Shown here: one piece after another, positions 6,614 to 11,426 of the stretch | Numbering within the stretch: the stretch's first letter is position 1 | Layout of the letters: each line of letters begins with the position of its first letter | Origin: Phycisphaeraceae bacterium | GTDB lineage: Bacteria; Planctomycetota; Phycisphaerae; Phycisphaerales; Zrk34 | Assembly (NCBI GenBank): GCA_040905565.1 | Contig: JBBDRF010000013.1 | Coordinates: 1-11,426, forward strand | Length of the DNA: 11,426 nucleotides | Reading direction: 5' to 3' | Translations under genes and position numbers: made by a program | Notes under the pieces: generated by a model | What the model saw: the letters and a program-made list of their open reading frames with translations, nothing else | Told to the model about the DNA's origin: nothing | The model's database searches: none

Positions 6614-6813
6614 GGGAGTGTCCTCTCCTACGAAGGAAGGGCCAGAGGCACAGGGAATAACCGCAACATTCCGGACGCTGATCAGATGGACGATCTTTTT
6701 CGCCCAACACTAATTACTGCACACGGTTGCGGTTGTCAACCGCCCCCCGGGCCGACCGGCCCGCTCAATTCGCGCTTCCGACCCTCCAACGACGCCACCG
6801 CTCGCGCAGCCGG

Positions 6814-6830
6814 GCTAAAATACCCCTTCC
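6814..6830 (+). promoter_or_regulatory. Putative -10 box (TAAAAT, 6816-6821) for a leaderless or near-leaderless uvrC transcript
   Basis: GCTAAAATACCCCTTCC directly precedes ATG 6831 with no SD. It parallels the motif upstream of cysE. Confidence 0.55.
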
Positions 6831-8192
6831 ATGACCCATCCCCGCGACAAGCTCGACCGACTGCTTGCCAAGGCCCGGCAACTGCCCAAAACGCCCGGCG
6901 TCTATCTCATGAAAGACGCTCAGGGTCGGGTCATTTATGTCGGCAAGGCCAGCACGCTGCCCAACCGCGTCAGCAGCTACTTCATCCCCTCCGCCGAAAC
7001 TTCCGGGGGACTCGGGCCCAAGAAGCAGGGCATGCTCGGCGTCATCGACGACTTCGACACCATCGAATGCGAAGGGGAATGGGAAGCCCTGCTGACCGAG
7101 AATCGGCTGATCAAGGACATCCATCCCCGCTTCAACGCCCGCCTGACCGACGACAAGACCTTCCCCTACCTGGTCATTACGCTCCGTGACGACTTCCCCG
7201 GCGTGTACATCACCCGCGAGCCAAGCAACCCGCAGTTCAAAGGGGCGAAGGTGCTCGGGCCGTTCACCTCCAGCGGGGCCCTGCGCGACGCGGTGCAACT
7301 GCTGCAGCGCGTGTTCAAATTCCGCACCTGCCACCTTGAGATCAACGACGGCGACCCGAAGCAGGACGGCCGGGCCTACTTCCGCCCCTGCCTGCTGTAC
7401 CCGATCAAGCAGTGCACCGCCCCGTGCGCCGCGAAGATCAGCAGGCAGGCGTATCGCGAAGACATCGACCGATTCATTCGTTTCCTCGAATCGAAGCGGT
7501 CGGTGATGCTGCGCGAGCTGCGGAACGAGATGCAGCAGGCCAGCGAAGCGCTGGACTTCGAGCGGGCGGCGGTGCTGCGCGATCAGGTCAAGGCCATCGA
7601 GAAGCTGGACGAGCGCGGCAAGAAAAGCCAGGGCTGGCAACCTGAAGCCGAGACCTTTTACAGCGATCCGGGCAAGGGGCTGGAGTCGCTGCGCAAAACG
7701 CTGGGCGCGGACGAGCCGATCCGCTACATCGAGTGCATCGACATCGCTCACCTGCAGGGCGGGGAAACGGTGGGTTCGAAGGTGGCCTTTATCGACGGCC
7801 GACCGCTGAAAAACCTCTATCGGCGATACAAGATCAAGTCGGTCGAAGGAGGCAACGACGACTATGCCAGCATCCGCGAGGTGGTCAGCCGGCGCTATCG
7901 CGAAGCGGGGCAGGGCCACGAACTGTACCCCGATCTGATCGTGATCGACGGCGGCCTTGGCCAGCTGCACGCGGCGCGGGAGGCGTTCGACCAGTTGGAC
8001 ATGAAGCCGCCGCAGGTGATCGCGCTCGCGAAGAAGCAAGAGCTGATCTACACGGAGCAGAGGGCTGAGCCGATCCATCTCGCTCGCAACAATGCGGGGC
8101 TGAAGCTATGCCAGGCGATTCGCGACGAGGCGCACCGCTTTGCCCAGCACTACCATCACATCCTGCGGCGGAAGAAGGTCATCGGCGAATAG
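6831..8192 (+). CDS. uvrC: Excinuclease ABC subunit C, short form (453 aa)
   Basis: GIY-YIG domain (PGVYLMKD...IYVGKA, EALLTENRLIK, PRFN), Cys cluster (RTC...CLLYPIKQCTAPC), UVR domain (MQQASEALDFERAAVLRDQ) and RNase H-like domain (IECIDIAH, YRRYKI, DDYASIREV, PDLIVIDGGLGQ, IRDEAHRFA). Confidence 0.95.
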   Translation: MTHPRDKLDRLLAKARQLPKTPGVYLMKDAQGRVIYVGKASTLPNRVSSYFIPSAETSGGLGPKKQGMLGVIDDFDTIECEGEWEALLTENRLIKDIHPRFNARLTDDKTFPYLVITLRDDFPGVYITREPSNPQFKGAKVLGPFTSSGALRDAVQLLQRVFKFRTCHLEINDGDPKQDGRAYFRPCLLYPIKQCTAPCAAKISRQAYREDIDRFIRFLESKRSVMLRELRNEMQQASEALDFERAAVLRDQVKAIEKLDERGKKSQGWQPEAETFYSDPGKGLESLRKTLGADEPIRYIECIDIAHLQGGETVGSKVAFIDGRPLKNLYRRYKIKSVEGGNDDYASIREVVSRRYREAGQGHELYPDLIVIDGGLGQLHAAREAFDQLDMKPPQVIALAKKQELIYTEQRAEPIHLARNNAGLKLCQAIRDEAHRFAQHYHHILRRKKVIGE

Positions 8193-8221
8193 CTCGCCAA
8201 GCCCGGCGTGATGGCGGCCAT

Positions 8222-8248
8222 AAAAAAACCGGCTCGCGAGGAGCCGGT
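8222..8248 (-). terminator. Intrinsic terminator for the beta-barrel gene, possibly bidirectional with uvrC
   Basis: Stem ACCGGCTC (8228-8235) / GAGCCGGT (8241-8248) with a 5-nt loop. The A run at 8222-8228 gives a U tract on the minus strand. It lies between convergent genes. Confidence 0.85.
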
Positions 8249-8290
8249 CTTATCTGCGTTCTGTGAAAACGGTCGGGTGATGTAAATGGA

Positions 8291-8320
8291 GTGCCTGACC
8301 CACCGGGGTGGGCCAGGCGC
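8291..8320. repeat. GC-rich palindrome (REP-like hairpin) in the 3' UTR of the beta-barrel gene
   Basis: GTGCCTGACCCACCGGGGTGGGCCAGGCGC is a near-perfect palindrome 18 nt from the stop codon. Confidence 0.6.
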
Positions 8321-8338
8321 TGGTGTTGGTTGTCTATC

Positions 8339-8863
8339 TTAGAAGTTGAAACCGATACCGAGGGCATAGGCCCACGATCCGCGACTGCCATCGATGTCAT
8401 CGCGGTTACGGAACTCGATGTCATAGCCCGCACGGCCGTAGAGGAACGTGGTTTCCTGGAGGTACCACTTCACACCGGCTTCGGGTCCGAGGGTGCCGCT
8501 GTCGTCGCGCGCACGCCCGTATTTGTAGCCGACGTTGGCGCCGATGAACGGCCGCCATTCGCCGTGGTCGAAGTGGTACTGGGCCACCGCGCGGGTGGCG
8601 GCCTGGTAATCGTCGGCCGTATCCTGGCCACCCAGCCAGTTGAGGTCCTGGCGGACGCCGACCATCAGCTCACGGCTCACGTAGTGGCCGAGGGAACCGG
8701 TGATGGCGAACCCGCCGGTGTCCAGATCGCGGTCGCTGCTACCGAAGCCGGAGAGTGTCATTTCCCAGTCGCCTTCCCGCGGGCCGAAGGCCCCGGGGGC
8801 TTGCGCGAGGGCGGGGGCCGACATCACGGCCACCGCTAGAAAGCTCATCATCAGGTATCGCAT
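8339..8863 (-). CDS. Small outer-membrane beta-barrel protein (probably 8-stranded, OmpA/OmpW-like), 174 aa
   Basis: AAGGAGG SD 7 nt before ATG 8863, a Sec signal peptide ending ALA, amphipathic strands (WRPFIGANVGY, GPEAGVKWYL) and the C-terminal BAM-type signature YALGIGFNF. Confidence 0.88.
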   Translation of the reverse strand: MRYLMMSFLAVAVMSAPALAQAPGAFGPREGDWEMTLSGFGSSDRDLDTGGFAITGSLGHYVSRELMVGVRQDLNWLGGQDTADDYQAATRAVAQYHFDHGEWRPFIGANVGYKYGRARDDSGTLGPEAGVKWYLQETTFLYGRAGYDIEFRNRDDIDGSRGSWAYALGIGFNF

Positions 8864-9417
8864 CACGACGCCTCCTTCATTGTTGTTTGGCATCTTCAAG
8901 ATTCGTCTGCCGGACTTGCGTCGTCGCACAACGACGCCCGGCTTCATCACCCGACCACTCGCAGAAGGTGCACAGTCACCCTACCCTACAAGAGGAATAT
9001 CTCTCTTACTCTAACAAATCCTTTAATAAAAACGAACAAGGCCGCTGCGGCAATCCCCCCTCACCTCAAGGCGTTCCGGCCGTTTCGTCCATCGACGACG
9101 CTCGTTCCGGGAGGCACTTGGCATCATCCGTCGAACGCCGCCTTCAACGGGACACTCTTTCTTATAGGCAGGCCTTCAAGTGAATACAAGGCACAATATG
9201 CTGGCGATCCCCCGGTTTTTCGCTGCGGGCCCGGCCGACGGCGCACAGCTCGGTCGTCAGGAGTACGCCTGTAACTCATGAATGGATGTGTAGAAAGAGA
9301 AAACAGACGCGTCCGCATAGCTCGCGCGGCACCGATTGCAAAGCATTTTCTCAGAGCCATGGCCCGGTTGTTGACTTGGTGGTCTCACCGATGCGTGCGT
9401 GCGATTTTTGCCGTTTC

Positions 9418-9573
9418 TCACGCCGCCAAGGACGTACCCTGCTGGCGTGTTCGCACCACGAGCGTCAGGGCGCCCGCGGCCATCAACAGCAGCGTGTCCG
9501 GCTCGGGGTGAAAATTATCGGGGATTCGGCGAGTCTGAATCACCCCGCTTTGCAGGTTTGCCTGTTTTCTCAT
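9418..9573 (-). pseudogene. Orphan PEP-CTERM-like sorting tail (gene remnant or 51-aa micro-ORF)
   Basis: PEP (9499-9507) followed by DTLLLMAAGALTLVV and RTR, then a stop at 9418-9420. No signal peptide or passenger domain upstream. The nearest ATG is at 9573. Confidence 0.45.
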
Positions 9574-9601
9574 GGCCGAGGGGCTCGACGCCTCGCGCCC
9601 G

Positions 9602-11426
9602 TCAGGCTTCCTCGGCCACGGGCATGGCGCTGCGAATGGCGGCGAAGAGCACTGCGGGGGGGCTGCCTTTGGGCAGGTAGGTCGCCGCGCCGGCATCGCG
9701 CATGACGCGGCCCATCTCCTCGTGCTCTTCGATCGACAGGCCGATGATGTGCAGCTCCGGCATCTGTTTCGCCAGTTGCCGCGTGGCTTCGATGCCGTTG
9801 AGGCCCGGCATGTGGATATCCATCAGCAGGACGTCCGGTCGGAGGCGTTGTGCCGCTTCGATCGCCATCTCGCCATCGACCGCTTCGCCGATCACCTTGA
9901 TGTCGTGCTGGGCGGTGAGCAGGGTGACGAGCCCCTTGCGCAGCGGGGCGTGATCGTCCGCCACCAGCACGCGAATCGGCGCAGCGGCCCCGGGGTCGGG
10001 CCCGTCGTCCGCCGAGGCGCCCACCGGCTGTGTTTCGCCCAGGCTCGGCAGCCTCACCGCTTCGCCGGCGACTGGCGAGGGCGGCGAGACTTCGGACACC
10101 CCGCGATCGGTCGCGGCGTCGAGCACCGGCTGGTCGCCGGTGGTGCGTGGACTGGTCTCGTCGGCGGCAAGATCGATTTCGACGGAAATTTCCGTGCCTG
10201 TGTTCGGCTGGCTGTGGACGTCCAGTTGGCCGCCGAACAGTTGCACGCGCTGCTGGATGCTGAACAGGCCGAAGCCCGCGGCGGTGACGTCGGCTTCTTT
10301 GCTCGTGGCCGCGTCAAAACCTGCACCGCGATCGAGCACGGTGATGCGCAACAGCCCCCGCGCTTTGTGGGTGACGCGCACCTCCGCCTGTTGCACGCCC
10401 GCGTGTTTGACGACGTTGAACAGCAGTTCCCGCACCGCATCGAACAGGAACACACACACTTCCGACGCCAAGGGCGTCTGGCTCGCCACGACGTCCATGT
10501 TCAGCTCGACGGTCAGGCCGTGCTTGTCCTGCATCCACCGGCAGAGCCATTCGATCGCTGCGGGCAGGCCGGCGTCGTACAGAATCGGCGGGCTCAACTC
10601 GACGGTGAGCGAGCGTGACGCCTCAATCGCCTGGTCGAGCAGTTCGTCGATCTGGTCGGCCATGTCGCCGAGTTCGCCGTGATCGCGCCGGCCGGTCAGG
10701 GCGTCGACGCGCAGCTTCGCCGCGACGAGCAGTTGCTGGAGGTGGTCGTGCAGCAGTTTCGAGAGCCGACGCCGTTCGCGGCGTTCCGCCTGGGCCAGTT
10801 CGGCGGCGAGGGCGCGCAGTTGAGCCGCGCGATGCTCCGCCACGGCCGTGCGGTCGGTGACGCGCTGTTCGAGCGTTTCATTCAAGGCCTGAAGGTCGCG
10901 CTCGCCGGTCTTGCGCTGAATCGCGGCGGCGAGCAGGTGGGCCACCGACTGCAGGAAGTTGATGTCATCGTGGGTGAAGTCGCGCTGCTCGGGCGTGTGC
11001 ACGCCAAAGACGCCCCACGGCCGACCGCCGATGCCGGGAATGATCACGCTCATGCCGCTGACCACGCCATGGTCATGCAGCAGCGGCATGCCGACGAATC
11101 GCGTCTCGCTCGGCAGGTGCTTCACGATCACCGGCTGGTCGGTGAGCAAGGTGTAGCCCGCCTGCGAGTCGGGGGTCGCCCGAACGATCGCCTGCCCGAC
11201 CAGACCGTCCTGCCAACCCACCCCCGCCCGCAGGCGAAGCGATCGGCCGTGCGGCTCGCATTCGAGCATCTTCGCCAAAGGCACGTCGAACGCCTCGGCG
11301 ACGCGACGGACCGTCTCTTCCATCAGGGCCTGGAGGTCCTCGCCCACCAGTGCAAGCTGGCCAAGCTGAGCGACCGTCTGCTGCTGGCGCGCGTGGACCT
11401 GAAGCAGGTCTTCGGCCCGACGCCGA
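9602..11426 (-). CDS. Hybrid sensor histidine kinase (GAF, HisKA_3, HATPase, linker, REC), 5'-truncated by the window edge
   Basis: The frame stays open past the ORF-track start to the window edge (RRRAEDLLQVHARQQQ...). GAF region SQAGYTL...GVVSGMSVII; H-box LHDHLQQLL; ELLFNVVKHA, DRGAGFD and GFGLFSI; receiver VLVADDH...PDVLLMDIHMPGLNGIEAT...YLPK. Confidence 0.93.
   Translation of the reverse strand, partial: RRRAEDLLQVHARQQQTVAQLGQLALVGEDLQALMEETVRRVAEAFDVPLAKMLECEPHGRSLRLRAGVGWQDGLVGQAIVRATPDSQAGYTLLTDQPVIVKHLPSETRFVGMPLLHDHGVVSGMSVIIPGIGGRPWGVFGVHTPEQRDFTHDDINFLQSVAHLLAAAIQRKTGERDLQALNETLEQRVTDRTAVAEHRAAQLRALAAELAQAERRERRRLSKLLHDHLQQLLVAAKLRVDALTGRRDHGELGDMADQIDELLDQAIEASRSLTVELSPPILYDAGLPAAIEWLCRWMQDKHGLTVELNMDVVASQTPLASEVCVFLFDAVRELLFNVVKHAGVQQAEVRVTHKARGLLRITVLDRGAGFDAATSKEADVTAAGFGLFSIQQRVQLFGGQLDVHSQPNTGTEISVEIDLAADETSPRTTGDQPVLDAATDRGVSEVSPPSPVAGEAVRLPSLGETQPVGASADDGPDPGAAAPIRVLVADDHAPLRKGLVTLLTAQHDIKVIGEAVDGEMAIEAAQRLRPDVLLMDIHMPGLNGIEATRQLAKQMPELHIIGLSIEEHEEMGRVMRDAGAATYLPKGSPPAVLFAAIRSAMPVAEEA

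Noticed and set aside
5798..8078. Long ORFs 5798-7189 (+) and 6765-8078 (-)
   Set aside because: They overlap the coiled-coil gene and uvrC in antisense or alternative frames and have shadow-like composition.
8864..8950. N-terminal extension of the beta-barrel ORF to 8950
   Set aside because: A strong AAGGAGG SD and a signal peptide place the start at 8863.
9189..9342. Sigma54-like GGCAC...TGC motifs at about 9190 and 9328
   Set aside because: GG-to-GC spacing is 8 nt instead of the required 10.
9572..10682. Plus-strand ORFs 9572-10618 and 10140-10682
   Set aside because: Antisense shadows of the hybrid kinase.

Overview
High-GC bacterial DNA. The gene content and protein styles suggest Planctomycetota, probably Phycisphaerae; this is an inference, not a tested assignment. 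Coding content: serine O-acetyltransferase (+), a small two-TM orphan (+), then a minus-strand run of coiled-coil membrane protein, small membrane protein, mreB, mreC, mreD and an HNH nuclease. These are followed by a short uvrC lacking the C-terminal HhH region (+), a small outer-membrane beta-barrel (-), an orphan PEP-CTERM-like fragment (-) and a GAF/HisKA_3/HATPase/REC hybrid kinase (-) that runs off the right edge. The most striking non-coding signal: four consecutive gene junctions (1133-1477, 2217-2321, 2878-2966, 3840-4028) carry inverted repeats whose arms are themselves built from about 3-6 tandem copies of a short unit (8, 8, 7, 10 and 10 nt). The unit sequences differ but the architecture is shared. 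One element brackets a cargo ORF, one encloses a second element of the same kind, and two are empty. All lie just downstream of stop codons, and no transposase is visible. This looks like a family of tandem-unit hairpin cassettes that can take up cargo.
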